From the IMG/VR virus record IMGVR_UViG_3300035183_000733, positions 309,760-373,759 of that record: a DNA stretch of 64,000 bases, one strand, 5' to 3'. Below are positions 15,323 to 25,408 of this stretch, piece by piece. A program made the translations under genes and the position numbers. Positions within the stretch are counted from its first letter, which is position 1, and every line of letters begins with the position of its first letter. Below the pieces are notes generated by a model that searched no databases, had not been told where the DNA came from, and saw only the letters and a list, made by a program, of their open reading frames with translations.

Positions 15323-15901
15323 ATGAAAGAAAACATTCACCCACACAATCACCTGGTGAGGAGAGAGGACCGGGAGATGGTGCTCAACCAGAGAGGTAGG
15401 ACCATCTGGTTTACCGGACTTTCCGGTTCCGGTAAATCGACAATAGCGAGCAACATAGAGTTGACTCTTAACGAGAGTGGCTACGCAACGTACATACTCG
15501 ACGGCGACAACGTTAGAATGGGACTGTGCTCCGGGCTTGGGTTCTCTCCCGAGGGCAGGAAGGAGAACCTGCGGCGAATAGCCGAGACTTGCAAATTGTT
15601 CAACGACGCAGGCATAATAGTATTCGCCTGCTTCATATCCCCGTACGAGACGGACCGTCAGATGGTACGCAGCATCATTGGTAAGGACTACTTCGAGGTA
15701 TTCGTGTCCACTTCGCTCGACGTGTGCGAGGACCGCGACCCGAAAGGCCTGTATAAAAAAGCCCGGGCGGGTGAGATAAAGGGATTCACCGGGATAGACT
15801 CGCCGTACGAGGTCCCAAAGGACCCAGACATGGTCATAGAAACGGCCGGTCTTAGTGCCAGGCAGTGCGCGTTTATGTTCCTCGAAAATTTTTCCCTATA
15901 G
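15323..15901 (+). CDS. cysC: Adenylyl-sulfate (APS) kinase
   Basis: IWFTGLSGSGKST, LDGDNVR, R-x-ENLRR, RDPKGLYKKARAGEIKGFTGIDSPYE. Confidence 0.95.
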   Translation: MKENIHPHNHLVRREDREMVLNQRGRTIWFTGLSGSGKSTIASNIELTLNESGYATYILDGDNVRMGLCSGLGFSPEGRKENLRRIAETCKLFNDAGIIVFACFISPYETDRQMVRSIIGKDYFEVFVSTSLDVCEDRDPKGLYKKARAGEIKGFTGIDSPYEVPKDPDMVIETAGLSARQCAFMFLENFSL

Positions 15902-15931
15902 GAAAAATAATTTCTGGACGATATATAGTTC

Positions 15932-16942
15932 ATGTGGAACACAAGAATTATCGACTTTTTGAGGTCGGAACTGCATGGTAATGACTCCATGTTCAAAGAG
16001 ACTCCCTACTACAGGGGCGACGTAAACCTAAGAAAGGCTAATCTCGATTTTCATCTCACTGATAAAGAGCGTGACATAATGGGTTCCATAGGCGACCCAA
16101 TGATGTTTGTCGAATATCTCGGATTCAATTCGCCAGTATTATCACCTACCCTTGGTAAAATAAAACTCTACGACTACCAGAAAGACTTCATACAGCACAC
16201 GGAGTTCTATAAGTTTGTGGTGGTCGCCAAGTCTCGGCAGATGGGCATGACCTTGCTCGGGGCGATAATAGCATTGCATTATGCGACCACGTATTCTGAC
16301 AAAATGTTCCTGTACCTCACTGTCAATAACGAGGGGGCTGCGGCTTTTATAGACAAGGTAAAAGCGCTCTACGCAAGTATGCCGTTCTTCATGAAACCCG
16401 GCATAATATCGTGGAACGCAAAGTCGATAGAATTCGACAACGGGTGCAGAATAGTTGCAAAGGGCGCCACTCCGGATGTGCCGATTGGTGGTCAGACAAA
16501 TTTCATATTCATGGATGAGGCTGGACTCATAAAGGACGCGCATAAGGTGTTCAGGAGCATTGCACCACACATGGCGAAGGGCAAGGACTGCCGGGTGATC
16601 GTTGTATCGACGCCGAACGGATACAACTGGTTTTACGATCTCTTCGTAAAAGCTGAAGACGAGGCCAACGAGTTCAAGCCGCTGAGGTATTTGTGGAACC
16701 TCGTGCCGGGCAGGGACGAGGCCTGGAAACGCAATGAGATACTCAACCTCGGCTCGGAGGATAAGTTCAACATGGAGTACGGACTGCAGTGGTCGGCAAA
16801 GAACACGGTCGGAGCTAAGATAACCGAGGACGATGTGGACACTATGCTGGAGCTACCAACCAAGGAGTGGCTCGAGTCCGAGATAAAAGAACTGAAGTCC
16901 AGGATAAAGAAACTGGAAGACTTGTACAATGGAAGAAAATAA
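15932..16942 (+). CDS. Large terminase paralogue, ATPase domain only
   Basis: LYDYQ, KSRQMGMT (degenerate Walker A), FMDEAG, VVSTPNG, ends soon after EYG with no nuclease domain. Confidence 0.8.
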   Translation: MWNTRIIDFLRSELHGNDSMFKETPYYRGDVNLRKANLDFHLTDKERDIMGSIGDPMMFVEYLGFNSPVLSPTLGKIKLYDYQKDFIQHTEFYKFVVVAKSRQMGMTLLGAIIALHYATTYSDKMFLYLTVNNEGAAAFIDKVKALYASMPFFMKPGIISWNAKSIEFDNGCRIVAKGATPDVPIGGQTNFIFMDEAGLIKDAHKVFRSIAPHMAKGKDCRVIVVSTPNGYNWFYDLFVKAEDEANEFKPLRYLWNLVPGRDEAWKRNEILNLGSEDKFNMEYGLQWSAKNTVGAKITEDDVDTMLELPTKEWLESEIKELKSRIKKLEDLYNGRK

Positions 16943-19900
16943 CAGATACAAGAAGCAGCACGAGGAACAGAACGTCAAGAACCTGTCGCAGGTATGGACC
17001 ACCGAGAAGGTAAATGAGCTTCTCGAGAACATAGACGCGGGTGTCGACGTTAAGTCTACTCCATTCTGGGACGGCAAGCCCGAGTGGCGCTCTGCCAATA
17101 TAGTATACGAGTATACAGTGGAGGAGATGGAAGAGATACAGCGCTGCGCGAGGGACGTCATATATTTCGCCAACAACTACTGCTTCTCCATGACGGATGA
17201 AGGCGTAAAGAACATTAAGCTGCGTGACTACCAGGAGGACGTACTCAGGGATTTTCAGGACTCGAGGTTCTGCGTGTTCCTGTCCCCAAGGCAGGTGGGA
17301 AAAGCTCAGCCCTTGGACGCAATTGTCTGGAAATCTACTGGCAAGGCAAGGTTCGGCGACCTTCTTTTAGGCGATAAAATATACGATGCCTCTGGCAACC
17401 TAACCAGCGTGGTTGGCATATTCCCGCAAGGTAAGCGAGATGTATACAATATAACATTTTCAGACGGGTCCACTGTCAGGTCTTGCGGCGAGCACCTGTG
17501 GACAGTAGAGACCGTAGATGGAACCGAAAAAACACTGGAGCTACGCGAGATAGTATCTAAAGGACTTCTGTCAAAGCGCGGGGATTATAAGTGGTTTGTC
17601 CGAACATCTGAACCGGTAAATTTTCCCGAGGCAGATTTTAATATAGACCCATATTTTCTCGGACTTATGCTCGGAGATGGCTGCATGTCAAATAAGTATC
17701 TAAATGTGGCCAGCGCCGACTCACAAATAGTAGAATACCTGAACAACGAAGTATGCGAAGCACATGATGTGTGCATTAAACAAAATGGTCATGACAGATA
17801 TGCGTATTTTGTTACCAAAAAATCAGGATACACAAATGAGGTCATAACGGAGCTAAAATCGTTAGGGCTAATGGGCAAGAGGTCCGAACATAAATTCATA
17901 CCCGAAATATATTTATATGGTTCTATACAGCAGAGGCTATCATTATTACAAGGTCTGATGGATACCAATGGACACGTTACTAAAAAGTCCAATGTAGTGT
18001 TTACCACTTCGTCGCCGAGGTTGGCCGACGATGTACAACAATTGTGTGAATCCCTCGGCATAGTTGTGTGCCGCTCTGTCAAGGAAACTGGATACCGCAA
18101 AGAGGATGGCACGCGAGTGGCTTGCCTGCCTGCACACAGGTTGAAACTGATGCTCCCGAATGGATTCGCATATCCTATATTCAGGCTGGACAGAAAGCAA
18201 CGCCTTATACGGGATAAGCATTATGATTGGGGTCGCAGGCGCGGGATAGCTTCTGTTGAATTAGACGGGCATGAAGACGTTCAGTGCATAATGGTTGACA
18301 ACCAAGACCATCTGTACTTAACCGACCATTTTATTCCGACCCACAATACTATAACCACAGGCATATTCCTTACGTGGTACTTGCTGTTCCACTCTGACAA
18401 GAACCTTATGGTGCTCTCCAATACGGGAGCTACCACCATAGAGATCATAGATAAAATAAAGGTCATACTGCAGAACCTTCCGTTTTTCCTGAAGCCTGGT
18501 ATCATACTGAACAACCAGATGACCATGAAGTTCGATAATGGGTGCAGGCTCTTTGGACGTAACACTACCAAGACAGCGGCCATCGGTTTCGCCATTCACT
18601 TCCTGTACTGTGATGAGTTTGCTCACATACACCAGAACTTCATAGACCCGTTCTGGCGGTCCGTATACCCGACGCTCTCGTCGTCTAACATATCAAGGGT
18701 GGTCATAACGTCCACGCCGAACGGTATGAATAAGTTCTACGACATATACACCGCCGCGCTCGAGGGCAAGAACGAGTTCAAGCCTATACGAATAGACTGG
18801 TGGCAGGTGCCCGGAAGGGATGAGGCGTGGATGAGGCGTGAGATAGGCAACCTCGGTTCGGAGGAGGACTTCAATCAGGAATATGGATGTTTTACAGGTG
18901 ATAGCTTGGTTACTACAATCGATGGAGTGAAACCAATTAGAGACATACACCCCGGCGATTTAGTCCTCACACATTCAAATCGCTACCATAAAGTCAAGGT
19001 GGTGTCGGAGCGCGTGTATGACGGGGAACTGCACGAGCTCTATTCGTACGGGAATAACCGGCCTATAAAATGCACAAACGAACACCCGATACGGACGGTA
19101 TTGGAAGGTCGTAGATACGAGTGGACCTCCGCGGATTCGATACGTACAGAAGATTGGCTGTGTTATGCCAAGCCACTTCTAAAAAAATCCAAGGTCATAT
19201 CGGAAGATATGGCGTTGTTGATTGGTTGGTACATAGCCAAGGGATGCGCCCGCAAATCGCAGGTCAGTTTCGGCTTACATAAAGAAGAGACGGGGTTCAG
19301 GGACCAGATCCTACGGTGCCTTGCTACTGTATCTTCGGGTAAGGTGCATGTACGTGTCAGGGATAATTCTACCGAAATAATTGTTAACGATGCCGACCTT
19401 GTCGAGTTTTTTGTTAAAAACTGCGGAGCTGGAGCTTTAGAAAAAAAAATACCCTTTGAGTTAATAGCCGGGCACGAACAAATCGTGTATGATACATTGA
19501 TAAATGGCGACGGTTTTTATAAGAACAAGACGCACGACGGGTATACTACAGTTTCATACACGTTGGCTTATCAGTTGCAATTGTTATCGCATGCTCTCGG
19601 ATATACATGCAGTATAACGTTTGGTAATAAATCCGGCATCCGTAAAGTGGTCGGCCGAGATGTTTTCGCCAATGAAGCCCACCAATTGCGGATAAACAAA
19701 GCCACGTCTAATAACGATAACAAGAAGAGCAGGATAAGGTGCCACAAACTAAGCGTGTCCGGACAGGTCAAAGCTGCGAAAAAATACCCATATTTCGGCA
19801 CGGTTTACAATCTGGAGGTCGAGGTGGACAACTCTTATTTCGTGGAGGGTCGTGCGGTACACAACTGTCAGTTCCTCGCGTCATCCAAATTATTATTGGA

Positions 19901-20759
19901 CCACAAGACGCTTGGTCAGGTCAAGAGACTCACCACAGAATTCGTGTGGCACGAGATAACCGATTTGCACAACAAGGAGATCAACTACGAGCACCTCAAG
20001 TGGCACCCCAAGTTCAATCTTGATACGATAAAGGATACGGACAGGTTCGTTTTCACAATAGATACGGCCGGAGGTGGGGGAGGTGACTACACCATACTGA
20101 ACATCTTTAAGCTTGTGCCGATGCCGGAGAAGATGATAGAGCAGCAGCTCACCGCAAATGATGAGGGCGACTTCATGTCTTTGCTCCAGGTGGGAATGTT
20201 CAGGTCTAATAAGGCCGGCGTAGAGGACCTGCAGCCTATTGTGGAGACTCTTCTGTACGACGTGTTTGGAGAGGACGCGGTCAAGATAGTGCTCGAGATG
20301 GACTTCAAGGGCAACCTCCTGTACGAGCGCATGAGCAACCACACCAAGTTCTACGAGGACATGTTCATACACACCAAGCACTCGGAGAATGCCAAGAGGA
20401 TGCTCCCTGGCATCAAGCTGAACCCTAAGAACAAGTACGAGTACTGCATGGAATTCAGGCGCTTGGTGAGATCCGGAAGGATTATACCTTGCGAGAAGAA
20501 CACGTTCAACGAGCTGATGTCTTTCGGATTGGACAAGAAAGGCTCGTATTCGAGCCAGATAGGGCATGACGACATTGCTATGTCCATGGTAAATCTCGTA
20601 CCTTTTTTCTCTTCGGACCAGTATTACGAGATTGTGGAGAATATATACGATGGACTCGATGAGAAGTACAGGACGCTTATCACAAACAAGCTGACGAGTA
20701 CGAGGGATGAGCCGCAGAAAAGTTACGACTCAGACTTCTTGTCGGGGCTCATGAGTTGA
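16929..20759 (+). CDS. Terminase large subunit (T4 gp17-like) with two inteins; about 602 aa after splicing
   Basis: LRDYQ, PRQVGK/T, YCDEFA, ITSTPNG, EYG/CQF, DTAGG, GHDD motifs. Confidence 0.95.
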   Translation: MEENNRYKKQHEEQNVKNLSQVWTTEKVNELLENIDAGVDVKSTPFWDGKPEWRSANIVYEYTVEEMEEIQRCARDVIYFANNYCFSMTDEGVKNIKLRDYQEDVLRDFQDSRFCVFLSPRQVGKAQPLDAIVWKSTGKARFGDLLLGDKIYDASGNLTSVVGIFPQGKRDVYNITFSDGSTVRSCGEHLWTVETVDGTEKTLELREIVSKGLLSKRGDYKWFVRTSEPVNFPEADFNIDPYFLGLMLGDGCMSNKYLNVASADSQIVEYLNNEVCEAHDVCIKQNGHDRYAYFVTKKSGYTNEVITELKSLGLMGKRSEHKFIPEIYLYGSIQQRLSLLQGLMDTNGHVTKKSNVVFTTSSPRLADDVQQLCESLGIVVCRSVKETGYRKEDGTRVACLPAHRLKLMLPNGFAYPIFRLDRKQRLIRDKHYDWGRRRGIASVELDGHEDVQCIMVDNQDHLYLTDHFIPTHNTITTGIFLTWYLLFHSDKNLMVLSNTGATTIEIIDKIKVILQNLPFFLKPGIILNNQMTMKFDNGCRLFGRNTTKTAAIGFAIHFLYCDEFAHIHQNFIDPFWRSVYPTLSSSNISRVVITSTPNGMNKFYDIYTAALEGKNEFKPIRIDWWQVPGRDEAWMRREIGNLGSEEDFNQEYGCFTGDSLVTTIDGVKPIRDIHPGDLVLTHSNRYHKVKVVSERVYDGELHELYSYGNNRPIKCTNEHPIRTVLEGRRYEWTSADSIRTEDWLCYAKPLLKKSKVISEDMALLIGWYIAKGCARKSQVSFGLHKEETGFRDQILRCLATVSSGKVHVRVRDNSTEIIVNDADLVEFFVKNCGAGALEKKIPFELIAGHEQIVYDTLINGDGFYKNKTHDGYTTVSYTLAYQLQLLSHALGYTCSITFGNKSGIRKVVGRDVFANEAHQLRINKATSNNDNKKSRIRCHKLSVSGQVKAAKKYPYFGTVYNLEVEVDNSYFVEGRAVHNCQFLASSKLLLDHKTLGQVKRLTTEFVWHEITDLHNKEINYEHLKWHPKFNLDTIKDTDRFVFTIDTAGGGGGDYTILNIFKLVPMPEKMIEQQLTANDEGDFMSLLQVGMFRSNKAGVEDLQPIVETLLYDVFGEDAVKIVLEMDFKGNLLYERMSNHTKFYEDMFIHTKHSENAKRMLPGIKLNPKNKYEYCMEFRRLVRSGRIIPCEKNTFNELMSFGLDKKGSYSSQIGHDDIAMSMVNLVPFFSSDQYYEIVENIYDGLDEKYRTLITNKLTSTRDEPQKSYDSDFLSGLMS
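17304..18347 (+). mobile_element. Intein 1 (348 aa, Ala1, class 3-like) with LAGLIDADG endonuclease, inserted in Walker A
   Basis: GK|AQPLD ... THN|T; W in block B (EHLWTV), C in block F (VQCIMV), T in block G; LGLMLGDG and LQGLMDTNG. Confidence 0.88.
18888..19865 (+). mobile_element. Intein 2 (326 aa, Cys1, canonical) with LAGLIDADG-like domain
   Basis: EYG|CFTGDS ... VHN|C; TNEHP block B, VYNLEV block F; IGWYIAKG and LINGDG. Confidence 0.9.
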
Positions 20760-20793
20760 GCCGGAAAATAACCCTTTTTCGGTAAGGCTCATA

Positions 20794-20802
20794 GATATAT
20801 AA
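20794..20802 (+). promoter_or_regulatory. Phage late promoter motif GATATATAA (representative site, before tail sheath)
   Basis: Same motif at 12681, 15920 (GATATATAG), 23584, 24161, 24693, 27757, 35728, 38505, 39098, 39903 (AATATATAA), 42843, 50263, 61513, each shortly before a start codon. Confidence 0.8.
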
Positions 20803-20837
20803 AGAAAATAAAAGTCCAAAATAACCTCCGTAAGAGA

Positions 20838-23531
20838 ATGGCACAAAAGATTAAACTGGACCTCAGCAGATTCAAAGCAAGTGGAGTTTACACTCTTGAA
20901 TTCGACGCGAGTGAGAACATTTTCGTAACACCGCAGACTATCCGTCTCGTTGTTGGTTTCTCGAAGAAGGGTCCCTTCAACAGCCCGGTATTCTGCCCGG
21001 ACATCAAGACCGCCAGGACAGTGTTCGGCGATATTGATTCGCAGCTCGAGCGTAAAGGTTCGTTCTTCCACAGAGCATTGTTCACCTGCCTTGCAACAGG
21101 CCCGGTGTTCGCCCTGAACCTCCTTGCACTCAACGACGATACCGAGACTTCTCCGGATAACTCGGACAAGATCAACTACAAGTCTTTCTCTATCGATACA
21201 GAAGAAATCAACGGCGTTCTTACTCCGAGATTGTACTCTTCGTTCTTCAACAAGGAGCGCTTCTGGTTCCCTGATACTGAATACTTCCAGGCGACTGTGT
21301 CTGTGGCGGATCAGCCTAAGTTCTTCCACATCACTAACCTCGGTAAGACACCTCTTTCGGTGATAACCAAGAAATCCGACATAAAGGGATATGACCTTAC
21401 GGTTAAAGAATGGTACGCAGGTACCACCGAGGAGAGACCAGCATTCCTCGACGATAACGATTACATCAACGACTACTTCGTCGACGTTATCGCCATCGAA
21501 GGAAACTGGACTGACTTTGCTGCCCTGTCTATCGACCCGGTGTACAGCAAGTACTTCAACGCTAAGGGCTTCAAGAAGGAGTTCCTCGACCAGTTCCTAT
21601 CTCTGCCGGAGATTTCTCTGGTGGCTAAGATCACTGGATGTTTGATTCCTGACTTCAAGGATAAGAATGGTGTTAATCAGTTCATCGAGACCCTCGTTAA
21701 CAACACGACTGCAGTCAGCGGACTCTTCGTGTCTATCAACAAGAAGGCACTCGACGATATAGAAAACAACTCAAGCCAGATTGATCTCGTGGGTCACCAC
21801 CTCATCGATGCCGCGGTATCTCTGCAGAGGAGCTTCGAGTTCCTTTCTTACAAGGCACCGCTTGTTAATGATTATGAATACGCGGACTACTCTCCGTCGT
21901 ACATAGTGTACAGCTCGCCATTCGACGTGATAATCGCTCCAGAAGGAAGCGACATCTACAACGACTGGAAGACTGGAACTATCACTGATGGCGACTATAT
22001 CATTAAGGATGCTTTCGGAACTAAGCAGTTCCTCAAGTTCTTCGCAGGTACAGATAGCCTCGGCGATCCGTACGTGGAAGTTCGCGCATACGACAGCGAC
22101 ACATTCCTGTCTCAGGAGAACATCGCGCTGTTCGGTACTTCGTACAACACTTCGGGCTCGCTCGTCGCTACCAACCTCAACATTGTATCGCTTTACGGCA
22201 ACTACAACGAGTTCTTCGACACGCTAAGTTCAGATCCATCTAAGCCGGCACTCGGCTCAAACGAGGCAATCATCTCAGCTGCAGACGCTGCTAAGATGAA
22301 GGTCGGCGACCTGTTGGTCGATTCGTCTGGCACGCGCCTCACGAGGATCGTGAAGATGGCCAAGTACGACATAGCGGGCAACGTTCGCGTCACCGCAAAC
22401 CAGCCACTCAAGTTCTACGCTTCAAACCGTATCCAGAGGTTCCAGAGGATCCAGGATTACGTTAAGGAGCTTCAGTACTACTACCTACAAGGATTCACCC
22501 TCAAGGAGACCCACATGCCTAACGGCTCTGGCTCGAGGATGAACGAGATACTTGACGTTCTTTACAACACCAATCTTGCAAAGACCCTCAAGAGCAAGGA
22601 CGCAATCGACTTCCGTTACATCGTAGACACGTTCAATCACGGTCTCGAGCCTAACTCTAAGTCGAGGCTGTCTAAGCTCGCTAAGGACCGCCAGAAGTGT
22701 ATCGCGCTGTTGAACACACCTTCTATGAAGGAGTTCCTCGACAGCACTGACCCAAGGTTCACCGATGCTCCTACTGCGTCGAACCCTAAACCGGTTCTCA
22801 ACACGCTGTACATAGCACAGGGTGGTAACTTGAGCCTCAACCCGAGCTTCACTTACTCGCTCCCGGACGAAGAACTTGGTAACAAGTACTGCGGATTCTT
22901 CTCGCCGAACCTCATACTCAGGATCAACGGCAAGAACCTTTCGGTTCCGCCTTCGGCCCACGTATCGAACAACTTCATACAGAAGTTCATAGCCGGAACT
23001 CCGTACGCTATCGTCGCCGGTTCAAGGCGCGGTATCATCTCCGACCCTAACCTGGTCGGTGTTGAGTACGAGTTCTCTGACGAAGACCGCGAGAACCTGG
23101 AGCCGTTCGGATTTAACCCGATCATCCGCAAGCGTGGACAGGGCGTGCAGATCTTCGGAAACCAGACCGGATTCCAGAGGGTAAACTCTGCGCTCAACAA
23201 TCTCCACGTACGCGACTTGCTCGTTACGATAGAGACCGACGTCGAGGCTATCCTCGAGAGGTACCTCTTCGAGTTCAACGATCCCGCTACGCGTCTCGAA
23301 ATCAAGACCAAGGTTGACAACTACCTCGAAGGTGTTCAGTCGGCAGGCGGTATCTACGACTTCGCTGTAATCATGGACACGTCCAACAACACGAACGAGA
23401 TCATCGACCAGAACATCGGTATCATAGACGTGATTATCGAGCCCGCTCGTGGTATCCACAAGTTCATCAACCGTGTGACTATTGTTAAGACCGGCGGTGT
23501 ATCTTCAGGGGGATTCGCAGTGTTCGCATAA
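20838..23531 (+). CDS. Tail sheath protein (gp18-like)
   Basis: VGFSKKGPFN, VPPSAHV, AIVAGSRRG, NPII, IFGNQT, LNNLHVRDLL, FEFND-x-x-TR, IIEPARG. Confidence 0.95.
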   Translation: MAQKIKLDLSRFKASGVYTLEFDASENIFVTPQTIRLVVGFSKKGPFNSPVFCPDIKTARTVFGDIDSQLERKGSFFHRALFTCLATGPVFALNLLALNDDTETSPDNSDKINYKSFSIDTEEINGVLTPRLYSSFFNKERFWFPDTEYFQATVSVADQPKFFHITNLGKTPLSVITKKSDIKGYDLTVKEWYAGTTEERPAFLDDNDYINDYFVDVIAIEGNWTDFAALSIDPVYSKYFNAKGFKKEFLDQFLSLPEISLVAKITGCLIPDFKDKNGVNQFIETLVNNTTAVSGLFVSINKKALDDIENNSSQIDLVGHHLIDAAVSLQRSFEFLSYKAPLVNDYEYADYSPSYIVYSSPFDVIIAPEGSDIYNDWKTGTITDGDYIIKDAFGTKQFLKFFAGTDSLGDPYVEVRAYDSDTFLSQENIALFGTSYNTSGSLVATNLNIVSLYGNYNEFFDTLSSDPSKPALGSNEAIISAADAAKMKVGDLLVDSSGTRLTRIVKMAKYDIAGNVRVTANQPLKFYASNRIQRFQRIQDYVKELQYYYLQGFTLKETHMPNGSGSRMNEILDVLYNTNLAKTLKSKDAIDFRYIVDTFNHGLEPNSKSRLSKLAKDRQKCIALLNTPSMKEFLDSTDPRFTDAPTASNPKPVLNTLYIAQGGNLSLNPSFTYSLPDEELGNKYCGFFSPNLILRINGKNLSVPPSAHVSNNFIQKFIAGTPYAIVAGSRRGIISDPNLVGVEYEFSDEDRENLEPFGFNPIIRKRGQGVQIFGNQTGFQRVNSALNNLHVRDLLVTIETDVEAILERYLFEFNDPATRLEIKTKVDNYLEGVQSAGGIYDFAVIMDTSNNTNEIIDQNIGIIDVIIEPARGIHKFINRVTIVKTGGVSSGGFAVFA

Positions 23532-23543
23532 CACAAGCCATAG

Positions 23544-23573
23544 AAAAAAGGCCCGAAAATATCGGGCTTTTTT
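23544..23573 (+). terminator. Intrinsic (probably bidirectional) terminator
   Basis: AAAAAG-GCCCGA-AAATA-TCGGGC-TTTTTT. Confidence 0.85.
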
Positions 23574-23595
23574 CATTTAACGAGATATATAAATC

Positions 23596-24162
23596 ATGAG
23601 GAAGATAAAGCTATTCAGTTCGTTCGAGAAATTTGCCGAGGCAGAGGAACGCGCATTCTAGGATCTCAACCAGGAAGAGAAGGAGAAAGGTTTCTCCGTG
23701 ACCAAAGCTCCGGGAACATTGCCCACGGATGGACGTCCGTCCGTATTCCTCGCAGGCTCGATAGAGATGGGGAAGGCCGAGGACTGGCAGACTAAGGTGC
23801 AGGACCTACTAAAGGACGAGAATGTGGCCGTGTACAACCCGCGCCGCGACGACTGGGACTCCTCGTGGGAGCAGAAGATGGAGAACCCGCAGTTCCGCGA
23901 GCAGGTGGAGTGGGAGCTTAACGCGCTCGACAGGGCCAGCGTCATCATAATGTACTTCGACCCGAACACCAAGTCTCCTATAACTCTTCTCGAACTCGGC
24001 CTGCACGCGCAGAGCGGCAAGCTACTCGTGTGTTGCCCGGAAGGCTTCTACCGCAAGGGCAACGTGGACATAACGTGCGCCAAGTACAACATCCCTACGT
24101 TCAACACGATAGAGGAGCTGACTGCTGCGACAATAACCAAGATAAAATCAATGTACGCGTGA
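23596..24162 (+). CDS. Nucleoside 2-deoxyribosyltransferase-like protein; natural start 23596 with in-frame TAG at 23659
   Basis: VFLAGSIEMG...WQ...YNPRR...QVEWEL...SPITLLELG; MRKIKLF start follows the late promoter in the same frame as ORF 23698. Confidence 0.75.
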
Positions 24163-24263
24163 TATATATAAATGAAGAACCTCAAGCAGTTCTGGAAGGC
24201 ACGCCAGAGTCGGATATAAGTGACCAAACAAAAAAGTAACCAAACAAAAAAACAAGCAATAAG

Positions 24264-24482
24264 ATGAAGAATCTCAAAGGATTTGACCAGCTAAACGAGG
24301 CTATCAGCAAGGAAACACTAAACCGTATGGAGGGCCTGGCTCACGAGAAGAATTTGAAGCAGTTCAACGAGCTTCTGACATCCCTGACAAAGGAATGGTT
24401 AAAGGAGGGGTTCGAACTGAGCGACATATCGGACTATATCGACCAGAAACTGGACCACATAGGATTCAAAAATATGCGATAA
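24264..24482 (+). CDS. Hypothetical protein with MKNLKGF N-terminal motif
   Basis: 72-aa ORF. Confidence 0.65.
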   Translation: MKNLKGFDQLNEAISKETLNRMEGLAHEKNLKQFNELLTSLTKEWLKEGFELSDISDYIDQKLDHIGFKNMR

Positions 24483-24731
24483 GATTACTGAATCTCGCAA
24501 ACAAGAACTAAGCAGCAGCGGATTTTTACAAATCCGCAGTAAAGGCGGAGCCTTGGCATGGACGAAAATGAAGGGCACGAAGCAAACGAGAGCCCTATAT
24601 CACTTAGTCGAAGCCATGGGCCATGCCGACCAGAAGTTCTGCGATACAGAACAAAACGAGGACAAATAGAAGTGGGATTGTAAAATCTCGCAGATATATA
24701 ATAAAAGGACTAAAATTAAACACTAAATACC

Positions 24732-25301
24732 ATGGCCGGCTTGCCCCACTATAAAAATTCGAAAGCTGCGATGGCTAACTTCGAGCCTGTGTACCTTAAC
24801 CTCTTCGAGGTGTCCCTGACACCTCCTACGGGCATCGATCCAGGTACTGGTAACAACAACCAGAACTTGATGCTTGAGCACGTTAAAAAGATTACAGGTC
24901 TTGAGCTTGATAAGAACCCTGGAACTGTTGAGCAGTTCTACAAGTTCGCCAAGAGGCGTTACGCTGGTGCTAAGCCAGAAACGACCACGATGGACATCAC
25001 CATCGATTTCGAGGTGAACCTCAATGACGCTAACTCGATGTACATATTCAAGACCCTGCGTGCATGGTCTGACCTCGTGTACAATCCGTTGACTGGCGCC
25101 ATGGCACTCAAGAAGGACTACATCGGTTCCGGTCTCATCACGATATTCAACCGTCAGGGTGACATCCACCGTCGTGTGCGTCTGCCGGTCATCTGGCCTA
25201 TCTCTGCTATCAGCCCTATGGAGCTCGATTACCAGAGCACTGAGGTATACATGATTTCTCTTACGTTCGCAGCGGATTACTGGGAAGACGTGTTCATCTA
25301 A
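24732..25301 (+). CDS. Tail tube protein (gp19-like)
   Basis: EPVYLNLFEV, RRYAG, LRAWSDLVYNPLTG, WPIS...LDY; follows sheath and late promoter. Confidence 0.9.
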   Translation: MAGLPHYKNSKAAMANFEPVYLNLFEVSLTPPTGIDPGTGNNNQNLMLEHVKKITGLELDKNPGTVEQFYKFAKRRYAGAKPETTTMDITIDFEVNLNDANSMYIFKTLRAWSDLVYNPLTGAMALKKDYIGSGLITIFNRQGDIHRRVRLPVIWPISAISPMELDYQSTEVYMISLTFAADYWEDVFI

Positions 25302-25324
25302 GTTTTCCACTCGCAACTATTCAA

Positions 25325-25351
25325 AGGGAGCCCGAAACGGCTCCCTTTTTT
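25325..25351 (+). terminator. Intrinsic terminator
   Basis: AGGGAGCC/GGCTCCCT plus T tract. Confidence 0.85.
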
Positions 25352-25408
25352 ATTTGGAATATATAATTTGAAACATCGCTTTTTGGCTCGGATAAAATAT
25401 GTAAGGCC

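Noticed and set aside
24482-24670. Homing endonuclease between sheath and tube
   Set aside because: Only a short startless fragment with a vaguely NUMOD-like KMKGTKQT; no catalytic motif
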